From Octopus vulgaris (Eukaryota), in assembly GCA_951406725.2 (NCBI GenBank), contig OX597842.1:11098001-11162000 (forward strand): DNA of 64,000 nt, given 5' to 3'. Of the stretch, positions 39,636 through 55,337 are shown in pieces. The position numbers and the translations under genes are program-made. The notes beneath the pieces were generated by a model, which worked only from the letters and a program-made list of their open reading frames with translations, had not been told where the DNA came from and did not search any database. Every line of letters begins with the position of its first letter. Position 1 is the stretch's first letter.

Positions 39636-39955
39636 GGCAAGTTGGTTTTACGTTTCAAAAGCGTCTAATTTTTAAAAAGAATTGTGGATTCAAAGTTTTT
39701 GAAAAAAATTCATAAAATACCATACCGGTTTCCACATTAGGTCTATCTTTGTAATGGTACAGGAAAAACAAAATGAAAGTTTAAGTGAGAATGAAGGTAG
39801 CTGTAATCGACTAGCCACCCACCATGCAGCAAATTTGCTTTACCTTGTGTGAAAATTTCAAGCTGTAAATGGAAACCAATTTAATTGCAGTTTGCTTGCG
39901 TAAAAAGTAAAGTTTCGAACACGTTGAGAAGTTTCTCATCATCAGACATTCGGTA

Positions 39956-40012
<57 letters not shown>

Positions 40013-40175
40013 TTGAAAGTTTCCAGACGACTCAATTGTCTATAACACACTCAAAATACACACACATCTCGCTCATACATACACACATACACAGACACAC
40101 AGACAAACACATGCACACACATATATATATATATATGCGCACATACAAATGCATATATATATATATATATATATA

Positions 40176-40322
40176 TACGACGGGCTTCTTTCAGTTTCCG
40201 TCTACCAAATCCACTCACAAGGCTATAGTAGAAGACACTTGCCCAATGTGCCACGCAGTCGGACTGAGCCCGGGACTACGTGGTTGGTAAACAAGCTACT
40301 TACCACACAGCCACTCCTGTGT
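40176..40322 (-). mobile_element. SINE family A head with small deletion
   Basis: acgacgggcttctttcag..cacacagccactcctg. Confidence 0.85.
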
Positions 40323-40324
40323 GG

Positions 40325-40503
<179 letters not shown>

Positions 40504-41056
40504 ATATATATATATCTATAAACATAGTAAAAAGGGTAATTAAAAATACATAATTATTACCAGTGAAAAGACGAATTAGTTATTAGACTATATATTATTC
40601 ATATAGAAATACATTAAAAGGCTTCCAAACAAGGAAGCGTAGTGCCAGACACACAAAAAGGGATAAATTCATGAAATGAAAATCAAGGAATGGAAAGCAA
40701 AAACGTTTACCATCTCAGTTAATCCTATACCGACGGTTTCATCTGTTTTATCAAAAAAATCTGATTTAGCAAAAAAAAACAGAATTTATCTGCCAAAGCC
40801 AGAATCATAAGTAGGAAGCCTTTGTAATCCTAGATGTACAAACCGTTAGAAGCACGTGCAACTCTAACGATCTGTATACCCTAACTTTACAGACCAGTGC
40901 GCAGACGCAAATCATACCCGGCGAACAGAGAGGATGCCGGTAAAAAATTTACGAGCAAATTTATCGAGCAATATTTAAACATAATCAAAGAGGGTAATTA
41001 AAAATAAATTATTACCAATGACCCGGCACAAAAGACGAGTTAGTCATTAGACTATA

Positions 41057-41477
41057 CTCTTTACTCTCTTTTACTTGTTTCAGTCATTTGACTGCGGCCA
41101 TGCTGGAGCACCGCCTTTAGTCGAGGAAATCGACCCCGGGACTTATTCTTTGTAAGCCCAGTACTTATTCTATCGGTCTCTTTTGCCGAACCGCTAAGTA
41201 ACGGGGACGTAAACACACCAGCGTCGGTTGTCAAGCAATGCTAGGGGGACAAACACAGACACACACACACACACACACACAAACACACACATACATATAT
41301 ATATACATATATACGACAGACTTCTTTCAGTTTCCGTCTACCAAATCCACTCACAAGGCATTGGTCGGCCCGGGGCTATAGCAGAAGACACTTGCCCAAG
41401 ATGCCACGCAGTGGGACTGAACCCGGAACCATGTGGTTGGTTAGCTAGCTACATACCACACAGCCACTCCTGCGCCT
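41057..41477 (-). mobile_element. Full-length SINE family A
   Basis: Reverse complement of 27164-27604. Confidence 0.9.
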
Positions 41478-41582
41478 ATATATTATTTTGGTTTTCATTC
41501 CTTTCATGAATTTATCCCTTTTTGTGTGTCTAGCACAGCGCTTCCTTATTTGGAAGCCTTTTAATGTATATTTATATTTATA

Positions 41583-42072
<490 letters not shown>

Positions 42073-42109
42073 GTGTGTGTGTGAAAAATGTGCAGGGGAA
42101 TAAAGGCTA

Positions 42110-42319
42110 TAAAGGTTTCGCGAATGTCCTGGTTGGGGGCCAAACATCCCGAGTTCTATAACAAGCTTAGAAAACATGAAGGATCACTGCAGTAAGTGTA
42201 TGAACCCAGGAGGGGAATATGTTGAATAAAATCATGATTAACTGATCCTCCTGTATTTTCTTATACCTAGAATAAGGAACCTTTCAGCACTCCATCGCAT
42301 ATATATGTACGTATGTATG

Positions 42320-42400
<81 letters not shown>

Positions 42401-42440
42401 AAATTAATTAATTATTAATCAATTTACCATATAATGTATA

Positions 42441-42489
<49 letters not shown>

Positions 42490-42498
42490 AATATATAA

Positions 42499-42546
<48 letters not shown>

Positions 42547-42782
42547 ATATATATATATACGCCAAGGTTTGTCGAAAAGTACCTGGCTTTAAGGATCTCA
42601 CGAAAAGTCTTGTTGAAGGCCCATCCTTCTGAGTTCTTTTGCAGGGCTTAGGAAAACTGAAGGGCCACTGCAATAGGTGTGTAAATCTGAGATGGGGAAT
42701 ATGTTGAATAAAATCATAACTCCCCGATAGTCTTGTATTTTCTTGTACCCAAAGCCAGGAGCTGTTCAGCAGCCCCTCCTCC
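42110..42782 (+). mobile_element. Two degenerate mariner-derived 3'-end/MITE copies (~42110-42300, ~42560-42782)
   Basis: Both contain aa(g)t.gtgt..gggga atatgttgaataaaatcat (..KC...GEYVE*, a mariner-like C-terminus). The second has imperfect TIRs aaaagtacctggcttt / aaagccaggagctgtt. Confidence 0.55.
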
Positions 42783-42979
42783 GAAGACTCGATTGTATTT
42801 TTATAATTAAATAATTTTAGGAACTGCATAAAAAAAATTGGTGTATCCTAGAACTATAACCAATTAACTGCGCATAAATTTTATCAGTAAAATCCTCTAT
42901 GGACATCGAAAGGTCATGTGGCTCCAATTGAGGGCCGTTGGTTTTCAACGAAGTTAGCCTCATCATTGCTCGCCCAATG

Positions 42980-43615
42980 CGGCGAGCTGGCAGTATCGTT
43001 AACAAGCCGGATCAAATGATAGGGTGGCATTTCTTTTGGCTTTACTTTCTGAGATCAAATTCCACCAAGGTCAACTTTGCTTTTCATCCTTTCGGGGCCG
43101 ATAAAATAAGTACCAGTAAAACACAGGGGTCGAAGTAATCAACTTACCTGTAACTGGAACCTGCTGGCAGCGGGTCGGCAGAATCGATAACTCACAGGGC
43201 AAAATGCTGACCGACATCTCGAGCAACTTTACATTCTGAGTTGAAACTCTGTGTGGGGTCGACTTTGTCTTTAACACATTAGGGGTCAAGTCATGCATAG
43301 GGATCAATGTTATGAACTAGCCCTCTTCCTCGAAATGTTAGGCTTTTGAGCTGAGAACTTAAAGCTGGAGAAAACGCCGCAAAGTATTTTGGTCATTATC
43401 GAACGATTTTGACTTTAATAAAGATTATTGCTACTCTAGGCACAAGGCATTGAAAGATTTTGGTGAAGGGAGATAGTCAATTATATCGAGACCAGTGTGT
43501 AACTGGTATTCATTTCAATATCGACCTTGGCGGATTTTGAACTCAGAACGTAGCAACAGATGAAATACCACCAAGCATTTCGCCCAGCGTGCAAATGATA
43601 CTGCCAGCTCGCCGA
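42980..43615. mobile_element. Cluster of diverged SINE family B copies (two plus, one minus)
   Basis: ggcgagctggcag..tttcatcctttcggggccgataaaataagtaccag and its reverse complement. Confidence 0.7.
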
Positions 43616-43629
43616 TTTCACAACCAGCA

Positions 43630-43749
43630 ATGATGATGATGAGGATGATGATGACGATGATGTTGATGATGTTGGTGATGATGATGGTGATGGTGATGAT
43701 GGTGATGGTGATGACGATGGTGATGATGATGATGATGACGATGGTGATG

Positions 43750-43781
<32 letters not shown>

Positions 43782-43904
43782 GATGATGACGATGGTGATG
43801 ATGATGACGATGGTGATGATGATGATGATGATGATGATGACGATGATGATGATGATGATGATGACGATGACGATGACGATGATGATGATGATGATGATGA
43901 TGAC

Positions 43905-43947
<43 letters not shown>

Positions 43948-44072
43948 GCGATAATGATAATGATGATGATGATGATGATGACGATGACGATGACGATGAT
44001 GATGATGATGATAATGATGATGATGATGATTATGATAATGATGATGATGATGATGATGTTGATGGTGATGAC

Positions 44073-44146
<74 letters not shown>

Positions 44147-44330
44147 GGATGATGATGAGGATGATGATGATGACGATGACGATGATGACGATGATAATGA
44201 TGATGACGATGATGATGATGATGATGACGATGATGATGATGATGATGATGATGACGATGATGATGATGATGATGACGATGATGATGATGATGATGACGAT
44301 GACGATGACGATGATGATGATGATGATGAC

Positions 44331-44368
<38 letters not shown>

Positions 44369-44477
44369 GAATGATGATGATGACGATGACGATGATGACG
44401 ATGATAATGATGATGATGACGATGATGATGAAGATGATGAACATGATGACGATGACGATAATGACGATGAGGATGAC

Positions 44478-44536
<59 letters not shown>

Positions 44537-44636
44537 CGATGATGATGACGATGATGATGATGATGATGACGATGATGATGATGATGATGATGATGACGAC
44601 GACGATGATGATGATGATGATGATGATGACGGTGAC

Positions 44637-44675
<39 letters not shown>

Positions 44676-44774
44676 TACGATGATGATGACGATGATGATG
44701 ATGATGACGATGATGATGATGATGATGATGATGACGATGACGATGACGATGATGATGATGATGATGATGATGAT
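43630..44774. repeat. ~1.15-kb (GAT/GAC)n trinucleotide tract
   Basis: Direct reading. Confidence 0.95.
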
Positions 44775-45364
44775 TTCAAAATTTGGCTCGACCCCGATCG
44801 CTGCTGAATTCGAGCTCAGAACGTAGCGAAGGACGAAATGCCGCTAAGCATTTTGTTCGACGCGCTGATGATTTTGTCAGCTCAGCTCCTTTTTGCTTTT
44901 AATGATAATATTTTAAGTCGGCAAGCTGGCAGAATCCTGAGCAGGTCGGACAAAACGCCCAACGACATTTCGTCCGTGTTTACGTCCTGAGTTCAAATTC
45001 CGCTGCTGTGGTCAAACTTGCTTTCCATCAATTCGAGGTCGATAAATAAAGAACACTGGGGATTGATGTCATCGACTCACGTGGTTTAATCAATAGGTAT
45101 CTGGGTGCCATGGTAACGAAACTAAATCAAGCAGAGTGAAGCCGCTAGACAAAGGTTGACCTTGAACTCTGCCATGGTCAATGTGACGATCACACGCTAC
45201 ACACCTTCCTTCCAAGCACTGCTGTAAACAGCGAAAGAAAGCTAGAACGTTAAAACCTAGTGCACATGCAAATCAGAGTTTAACGTTAATCTTTGCTAAG
45301 CGGCTTTACTCTACCTGATTTAGCTCCGGTACCATGGCAACAGTCCGGATTGATCAGACCTATG

Positions 45365-45768
45365 TCATCATCATCATCATCATCATCGTCGTCGTCGTCG
45401 TCGTCGTCGTCATCATCATCATCATCATCAGCATCATCGTTGTCGTCGTAATCATCATCATCATTATCATCACCATCATCATCATCATAATCATCATCAT
45501 CATCATCATCGTCGTCATCATCATCATCATCATCGTCATCATCGTCATCATCGTCGTCGTTATCATCATCATCGTCATCATCGTTATCGTCGTAATCATC
45601 ATCATCATCATCATCGTCGTCATCATCATCGTCGTCATCATCATCATCATCATCATCATCACCATCATCATCATCACCATCACCATCATCATCATCATCA
45701 TCATCGTCGTCATCATCATCGTCGTCATCATCACCATCACCATCATCATCACCATCACCATCATCATC

Positions 45769-45799
<31 letters not shown>

Positions 45800-45838
45800 T
45801 CGTCATCATCATCGTCATCATCGTCGTCGTCATTATCA
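45365..45838. repeat. (CAT/CGT)n trinucleotide tract
   Basis: Direct reading. Confidence 0.95.
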
Positions 45839-45884
45839 TACCTATGTACTCGATTATTTTCTATAGAAGAAAATATTATTATTG

Positions 45885-46097
45885 ATTTCAAAATTTAGCA
45901 CAATGCTTGCAGAATCCGTGAAGGGGTTAAGTCCATTAGATCGGCCCCAGTGTTCAAATAGTACTTAATTTATTGACCCGAAAAGGATGAAAGGCAAAGT
46001 CGAACTCAGCAGTGGAATTTGAACTCAGAACGTAAAGCGAAAAGCCATGTCGCTAAGCATTTCGCTCGGCGTGCTAACGATTCTGCCAGCTCGCCGA
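45885..46097 (-). mobile_element. SINE family B monomer
   Basis: gacccgaaaaggatgaaaggcaaagtcga..gaatttgaactcagaacg..ctgccagctcgcc. Confidence 0.8.
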
Positions 46098-46673
46098 CTT
46101 CGTATACATACATCGAATGGTTATCGCGATCCGGTAGGGGAAAATACGAATGGAAGCACTCCAAAGCAAAAAATATGGCTGAGAGCCAATGATGTGAACG
46201 CTTGGGCGTTTAAGAGAGACGTTGCGAAAAAAAACACACAGGCTTTTTCAAATAAACTTCACATATTTCACCAAGGCAAGGGGACTTTTCTCGCCTCAGC
46301 CATGAACACAGATCTATCCCCGCTCTGTCACCCACTGACATTTTGTCCCTCGGATTTCGCCACTGAGCACCACTTTTTTTTATTCCCTTTCATTTATTGC
46401 CGATGTTGAAGTCATCTTCAACTCTGGCGAATTTTCATGCGCCATGAGAGATCAAAGTGTGATTGATACAAGAATTGAGTACAAACTAATGAGATCGTGT
46501 TCTTAAAAGGGAGGGAAAAAAAACAAAAGACGGTTCAAGGAGAGAAGATCAACTGCGAAAGAAGGACCAATTATGTAGTGTCTTTAAAATGTGTATCGTT
46601 CCTTTTCAAACGCATTTCGTGTGCGTGCGTTTGTGTGTGCATGTCTAATATCATACATACTATACATACACGT

Positions 46674-46705
<32 letters not shown>

Positions 46706-46728
46706 AAACATACATGTATAAATATCAC

Positions 46729-46765
<37 letters not shown>

Positions 46766-46942
46766 AAACATACATGTATAAATATCACATTATATATATA
46801 TATGTGCATTTATACGTAAGTATATATAAATATATATATATATGTGTATACATATATATATATACACACATATATACATATATATATCATACATATATAT
46901 AAATATACGTACATGTGCGCATTTACAAGCACGTGTGTGTTC

Positions 46943-46997
<55 letters not shown>

Positions 46998-47299
46998 TAT
47001 ATACCTACATATATATATATATGTGTGTGTGTATGCATATACATACATATATAAATTGCTGCTTGAGACACCGTATTTCGTTATGCAAGCCTAATATACC
47101 ACCAGGAGTAATGAAGGGTTATAAGTTATTACCGCATCCTACCTATGTTAAAAAGTGCTTATATATACATATATACATACATATATATTATCATATATAT
47201 ATATATACATATAAAATATATATATATACATATGCAGATATACATATATGTGTGTATATCTGTATACATACGAACTTATATAAATATGTATATGAGTTC

Positions 47300-47349
<50 letters not shown>

Positions 47350-47807
47350 ATATATATATATGAGATACACATCTCTAAATGAGTCGAGTGTCAGAAGCGA
47401 CAGGCAGTTAATAAACTTGACAGCATCTCGAGGAAGAAAGACGACACACGACAAGAAAATTGGAAAAAGAGAGATTATAAATTGTCAGAGACAAAGAGGG
47501 AGAGAAAGAGTAGGAGATTGGGAGAGAGAGAGAGAGAGAGAGAGAGAGGGTGAGTGAGTGCTGGAGAGTGAGAAGCGGGGGAGATGAAAGTGAAAGAGCA
47601 ATAATGGCCCTTTTTTTTCTGTGCAATTGTTGAAGACTCTGGATGGATATCCAGCTGAGAATGATGTCATCTTCGTCTTGAAACATGTCTTACGATGTCT
47701 CTAGTGTGGTGCATTCTGCGGGACAGGATTTCTTTCGTGCATACGCACACACAGACACATACTCACTTACCGCTTATAACCACATAATTGTCTATATATA
47801 TAAATAT

Positions 47808-48399
<592 letters not shown>

Positions 48400-48674
48400 T
48401 GGCAGGCAGACAGACAGACAGACCGACAGACATATGCACTAACCAGAAGACAGAGAGATAAAGAGATATACACATATTCGTTGTAGATTTTTATCTATAC
48501 GCGTCAATAGAAATACACACACACACACACACACAAACATATACATACCACACACAGACATTGATAATTATACATACATACATACATAGAAACATCTTTA
48601 TACATACGAAACAGAAAACTATGTGTATGCACTTATACACACATTTACACACAGGCGCATATATACATACATAC

Positions 48675-48707
<33 letters not shown>

Positions 48708-48793
48708 CATATATATATAAATACATACATATATATATACATACCTATATATACATACCTACGTACACTCACGGATATATAAATATATATATG

Positions 48794-48870
<77 letters not shown>

Positions 48871-49214
48871 GTATATATATATATACATGCGTACATTTCA
48901 TACATAAATGCTTTCATACTGACATACAAAAGTACATACACTCATACATACGTCCATGCTTCTATACACACACACACCCCTCCACACACACACACAAACA
49001 CACACACACACACACAAAGACACACACACACACACACACATTATCTTTCGCGCCATTCTTCACACCAAACTCCAAAAGAGAGCCATTTTGTTGTTCGTGA
49101 ACGAGAAATGGTTTTTGACATTCTTCGCAATGTTTTTCTTTTCACTTCATCCTTTTTTCTCCTATTTTTTCCCTCCCGAGTTCCTCCCTCTCATTACCAT
49201 ATATTTCAATATAT

Positions 49215-49290
<76 letters not shown>

Positions 49291-49480
49291 GTGTATGTAT
49301 ACATGTATGTATATGGCGTTCTTAATACCTTACGTAATAGCATCTACATGTCTTTTTTAACTTTGTCCGGCCCAACTCCACCACCCGTTTTGACCCCAGC
49401 TGTCTCTATTTCGCATATACCTTTTTCAAGGCACACACTACACCCACACGTACACCGCCCCATACATGCAAGTATATATA

Positions 49481-49537
<57 letters not shown>

Positions 49538-49668
49538 TTTATACATTTATATATACATAGATATATATGTATATATATATATATCTATATATATGTATAT
49601 ATATGCATATGTATTTGTATATATGCCTTTAGGTACATACACACAGACATATATACATACACAAACAC

Positions 49669-49707
<39 letters not shown>

Positions 49708-49787
49708 TATATACGTGTGTTTATGTGTCGATATATGTTTTATATATACATATATTATATGTGAGCATTTGTGAAGATACGCATATG

Positions 49788-49827
<40 letters not shown>

Positions 49828-49849
49828 AGTGTGTGTTTCTGTGTGTGTG

Positions 49850-49890
<41 letters not shown>

Positions 49891-50382
49891 TGCGTGTGCG
49901 CGTGTGTGTGTGTGTGATTACATTGTACGACAACTGCCGCTGAAGCAACGCCATCTTCAAAAGCTACATTAAGTGTCTCAACCACTGTCACAGCCATTAT
50001 AAACCGAACCACCACCAACACCGCCGCCTTCGCTTACACCAACAATGACACACACACACACACAACACACACACACACACAAACACACACACATATATAT
50101 ATACATATGTATAGTTACACACATATATATATCTATACGTTTGTGTATGTACATATATATATATATATTTACACACATCTATATATGTATGTATAAATAC
50201 ACAAATGAATGTTATATGTATACGGATATATATATATATACACACACACACACATATATATATATATATGTATAGTTACACATATATATATCTATACGTT
50301 TGTGTATGTACATATATATATATATATATTTACACACATCTATATATGCATGTATAAATACACAAATGAATATTATATGTAT

Positions 50383-50427
<45 letters not shown>

Positions 50428-50676
50428 AACACACACATATATATATATATGTATATATATACATATGTATAGTTACACATATATATATCTATACGTATGT
50501 GTATGTACATATATATATATATATACATACATCTATATATGCATGTATAAATACACAAATGAATGTTATATGTATACGGATATATATATATATACACACA
50601 CACAATCTCATATATATATATATACACATATGTATTGTTACAATATGCATATATATATCTATACGTGTGTGTATAC

Positions 50677-50723
<47 letters not shown>

Positions 50724-51011
50724 CACACATCTATATATGTATATATAACAAATGAATATTATATGTATACGATATATATATATATGTATATATATATGTT
50801 TGTATATATATATATATGTTTGTATGTATGTATGTATGTATATATGTGGAGAGAGAGAGAGGGAGAGAGGGGAGAGGTGGAGCGCCGAAGTTGCATTCAG
50901 TGCCATCAATATGGCTGCCGTCCTTTCAAAGCTCTTCTCTTTCCGTTCACAATGAAAACTGCTTTTAAGTAATGTTGCCTCTTAAGAGATTGTCTTTTCG
51001 TAGCCATCTTC

Positions 51012-52288
51012 GTGGCGGTGGCGGTGGTGGTGGTGGTGGTGGTGGTGGTGGTGGTGGTGGTGGTGGTATTGCCGTTGTTGTTGTTGTTGTTATTATTATT
51101 GTGCTTTTACGCGCCGGTGATGGCAGTGTTGTTGTTGTTGTTATTGTTGCTGTTTTGGTGGTGGTGGTGGTAGCGTTGATGCAGTTTCGGTGGCGGAAGT
51201 TTTGTGTGATAATGCTGTGATTAATGTTGGTGTTAGTATCGTTGGTGATGGTCACGTTGTTGTTGTTGCTGTTGCTGTGGTGGTGGTGTTGGTGGTGGTG
51301 TTTGTGGTGGTGGTTGTGGTGGTGGCGGCGGCGGTAGTGGTGGTGGTGGCGGTGGTGGTAGTGGTGGTGGTGGCGGTGGTGGTAGTGGTGGTGGCGGTAG
51401 TGGTTGTCGTGGCGATGGTGGTGGTGGTGGTGGTGGTTCTGGTGATGGTGGTGACGGTGGTGGCGTTGGTGGTGGCGGTAGTGGTGGTGGTAGTGGTGGT
51501 GGTGATGGTGGCGGCGGTGGCGGTGGTAGCGGCGGTGACGGTGGTGGCGTTGGTGGTGGTGGTGGTGGCGTCGGTGGCGGTGGCGGTGGTGGCGGTGGCG
51601 GTGGTGGCGGTGGCGGTGGTGTTTGTGGTTGTGGTGTTGAAGGTCGTGGTGGTGGCGGTGGTGGTGGTTGGGGTTTTTGTGATAGTGCTGGTACGGGTGG
51701 AGGTGGTGGTGACGATGCTGTTAATGGTTGTGGTAGTAGTGGTGGTTGTGGTGGTTTGAGTGCTGGTAGCGGTGGTGGTGGTGGCAATGGTCGTAGAGGT
51801 GGTGAAGATAGCGGTGGTTGTGTTGGCGGTGTGACGATGCTGTTAATGGTTGTGGTGGTGGTGGTAGTGGTGGTTCTGGTTTTGGCGGCGGCGGTGGTGG
51901 TGATGGTGGCAACGGTAGTAGAGGTGGTAGAGATTGTAGTGGTTGTGTTGGCGGTGGTGGTGGTGATAGTATTGCTAGTACGGGTGGAAGTGGTGGTGGT
52001 GGTGGTTGTGTTGTCGGTTGTGTTGATGGAGGTGGTGGCGGTCGATATGGAAAAGGTGGTGGTGGTGGTGACTGTAGCCTTACAGCTGTTTCCAGCTTGG
52101 GTGTAACTTGTTTTTTGACTTGCAATGCTCTTGTCCCTACTGCTTTTAATATTGCTGTTGCGGCTGTAGTTCCAGTGGTGCAGGCGAAGGAATTCATATT
52201 GCGATTGTTACAGTTCATACTGTAGTTAGGTTTTCTTACAATACTTCTTCCCACTGCTACTACTTCTACTACTACTATTACTACTACA

Positions 52289-52329
<41 letters not shown>

Positions 52330-52854
52330 TACTACTATTACTACTACTACTACTACTATTAATACTACTACTTACTACTTCTACTACTACTATTAATACT
52401 ACTACTACTACTACCACTACTATTATTACTACTACTACTAATAATAATAATAATACTACTACTACTATTATTACTATTGCTACTACTACTACTACTACTG
52501 CTACTACTACTACTACTACTACTACTGCTACCAGAGATGTTAGAACTGGCGCTGGTGCATGAGGTGACGGTTGTACAGGATGTAGCACAAGGTGTTTACC
52601 TTGTTACTATTACCATTGACGTTGGTAGTAGTTTATTTATCTGTTGTAGGTGGCGCTTGCTGCCTGTGTTGCTCCTATCGCTACTCCTGATGTCTTTTAC
52701 CAATGTTCTTTAAGGCGCCTTTGTTAACTCTGTCCGTGGAATTCGTATTGTTGCGTGGTTATTGTCGCTGTTGTAGTATGTACCGTTGTCAGTTCGCTTA
52801 TTGTGATCGTCGTTGGGTTGATCGTCTCATTACCCAGCAACCTTTGCGCGCATC

Positions 52855-52904
<50 letters not shown>

Positions 52905-52923
52905 GTTATTGTTATTATTATTA

Positions 52924-52970
<47 letters not shown>

Positions 52971-52994
52971 TTATTATTATTGTTATTATTATTA

Positions 52995-53035
<41 letters not shown>

Positions 53036-53170
53036 ATTATTATTATTATTATTATTATTGTTATTGTTATTATTATTATCATTATTATTATTATTAATAT
53101 TGTTATTATTATAAATATTATTACTATTATTATTATTGTTATTATTATTATTGTTGTTGTTGTTGTTATT
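51012..53170. repeat. Successive degenerate (GGT/GGC)n, (CTA)n and (TTA)n tracts
   Basis: Direct reading; source of the poly-P/V/G ORF artefacts. Confidence 0.9.
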
Positions 53171-53382
53171 AAAAATGCTATTTTCGTTGCTCGACAGTGG
53201 TGGTCGTAGACGGTTAAGAACTTCTAAAACCATTCTAAAAGAGTGTTGTTACTAACGCTGCGATTGTTATGCATTATGTGTCTGCGTGCGCCCGTGTATG
53301 TGTGTCCGTATGTGTGTATGCCTCCTGTATATATACATAAATATATAATATATATTATATATACATATATATATATATATAT

Positions 53383-53413
<31 letters not shown>

Positions 53414-53425
53414 CATACATATATA

Positions 53426-53487
<62 letters not shown>

Positions 53488-53511
53488 TATATTTACATAT
53501 ATATGTATATA

Positions 53512-53556
<45 letters not shown>

Positions 53557-54059
53557 TGTTCCCTTTCTCCCTCTCTCTATCCCTGTCTATCTATATATAA
53601 TATACATACATATATGAATATGTGTATATGTATGTGTATGTGTGCGTGTTGTGTGTGTGAATGTATACCAGGAAAGGGATTTGGAAATGCGAAGACCCAA
53701 CAGGTTCCAACGCGACCATTTTTCGGGCTAACACGAAATGCAAAGAGCACTTCTGCGATTATTAAGAGAAGAACATTAAACAGGAATTTGGCATTTCTTT
53801 ATTCCAGCTGTTCCACATGGTACCGTGATCGATATTTTATGATTGGAAATTTAGAAATGCGATAAATAAGGACCATTTGATCATATCGAACGCTTCATCG
53901 GATATGGACGAAACGCAAATCACAAACACGGAATCATGTTTTAGAGATACCTGAGAGATATTGGACGATCACTGCACTTAGGGAAGCGAAGACTATAACA
54001 TGTGTATTTAGGGGTCTAAATAACGATACTGGGGAAAACCACTGCTATATATATTCGTA

Positions 54060-54474
54060 TACTCTTTTACTCTCTTTTACTCTTTTACTTGTTTCAGTCA
54101 TTTGACTGCGGCCATGCTGTAGCACCGCCTTTAATCGAGCAAATCGACCCCGGGACTTATTCTTTTTGTAAGCCCGGTACTTATTCTATCAGTCTCTTTT
54201 GCCGAACCGCTAAGTGACGGAGACGTAAACACACCAGCATCGATTGTCAAGCAATGCTAGGGGGACAAACACAAACATACACACACACGCATATATCTAT
54301 ATATACATATATACGACGGGCTTCTTTCAGTTTCCATCTACCAAATCCACTCACAAGGCATTGGTCGGTCCGGAGCTATAGCAGAAGACACTTGCCCAAG
54401 ATGCCACGCAGTGGGACTGAACCCGGAACCATGTGGTTGGTTAGCAAGCTACTTACCACACAGCCACTCCTGCG

Positions 54475-54521
<47 letters not shown>

Positions 54522-54678
54522 GATGGGCTTCTTTCAGTTTCCGTCTACCAAATCCTCTCGCAAGGCTTTGGTCGACCTGAGGCTATAGCAGAAGTTTGCC
54601 CAAGATGACACACAGTGGGACTGAACCCGCATCCATGTGGTTGGTTAGCAAGCTACTGACCACACAGCCACTCCTGCG

Positions 54679-54681
<3 letters not shown>
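54060..54681 (-). mobile_element. SINE family A with duplicated head
   Basis: Tail (ctctttta)3; heads end at ~54477 and ~54681. Confidence 0.9.
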
Positions 54682-54729
<48 letters not shown>

Positions 54730-54772
54730 ATCACGTGACCGACCAGGCTATCAGATGTTGTTACACATCGCT

Positions 54773-55081
54773 GGCCGACCAATGCCTTGTGAGTGGATTT
54801 GGTAGACGGAAACTGAAAGAAGCCTGTCGTATATATGTATATATATATGCGTGTGTGTGTTTGTGTGTCTGTGTTTGTCCCCCTAGCATTGCTTGACAAC
54901 CGATGCTGGTGTGTTTACGCCCCCCCGTCACTTATTGGTTCGGCAAAATGGGACCGATAGAATAAGTACTGGGCTTACAATAGAATAAGTCCCGGTGTCG
55001 ATTTCCTCGACTAAAAGGCGGTGCCCCAGCATGGCCGCAGTCAAATGACTGAAACAAGTAAAAGAGTAAAAGAGTAAAAGA

Positions 55082-55084
<3 letters not shown>
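54773..55084 (+). mobile_element. 5'-truncated SINE family A
   Basis: ggccgaccaatgccttgtgagtgg..gactgaaacaa(gtaaaaga)3. Confidence 0.9.
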
Positions 55085-55119
<35 letters not shown>

Positions 55120-55130
55120 TATATATATAT

Positions 55131-55294
55131 AGTTAATCCAAACAAGAAAGCACAAAAAAACAACAACGCGAGACGTGGAACAAATAAAGTATTATTGGAC
55201 GCTCAGGAGAGAAGGAATGAAGGAGGGTTTAACGTATCGAGCGGAGCTCTTCGTCGGAAACATAGGAGAAGGAAAGATCCAGAGAAGGGAAGAC

Positions 55295-55296
<2 letters not shown>
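55131..55296 (-). mobile_element. Hammerhead-bearing element, paralog of 11670-11838
   Basis: Minus strand: tgttt-CCGACGA-a-GAGC(tcc)GCTC-GATA-cgtt...agcg-TC-caata; ends ggattaac|tata. Confidence 0.65.

Positions 55297-55337
<41 letters not shown>

Noticed and set aside
39880-39955. CTGATGA...GAAA on the minus strand
   Set aside because: Stem III and stem I pairing unconvincing; probably chance.
43515-44826. Long ORFs (poly-M/I/S/D)
   Set aside because: Translations of a (GAT)n tract.
47590-47775. Possible small minus-strand exon (MFQDEDDIILSW...)
   Set aside because: No coherent splice-site pair or homology recognisable; the ORF runs into a (GA)n repeat.
51190-52254. Proline-, glycine- or valine-rich ORFs resembling extensin or formin
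   Set aside because: Degenerate (GGT)n microsatellite, open in several frames, with no domain or splice support.
53870-53915. CCGATGA-agcgttc-GATA-tga-TC minimal hammerhead-like string
   Set aside because: Two core mismatches, 1-bp stems and no paralog in the window.
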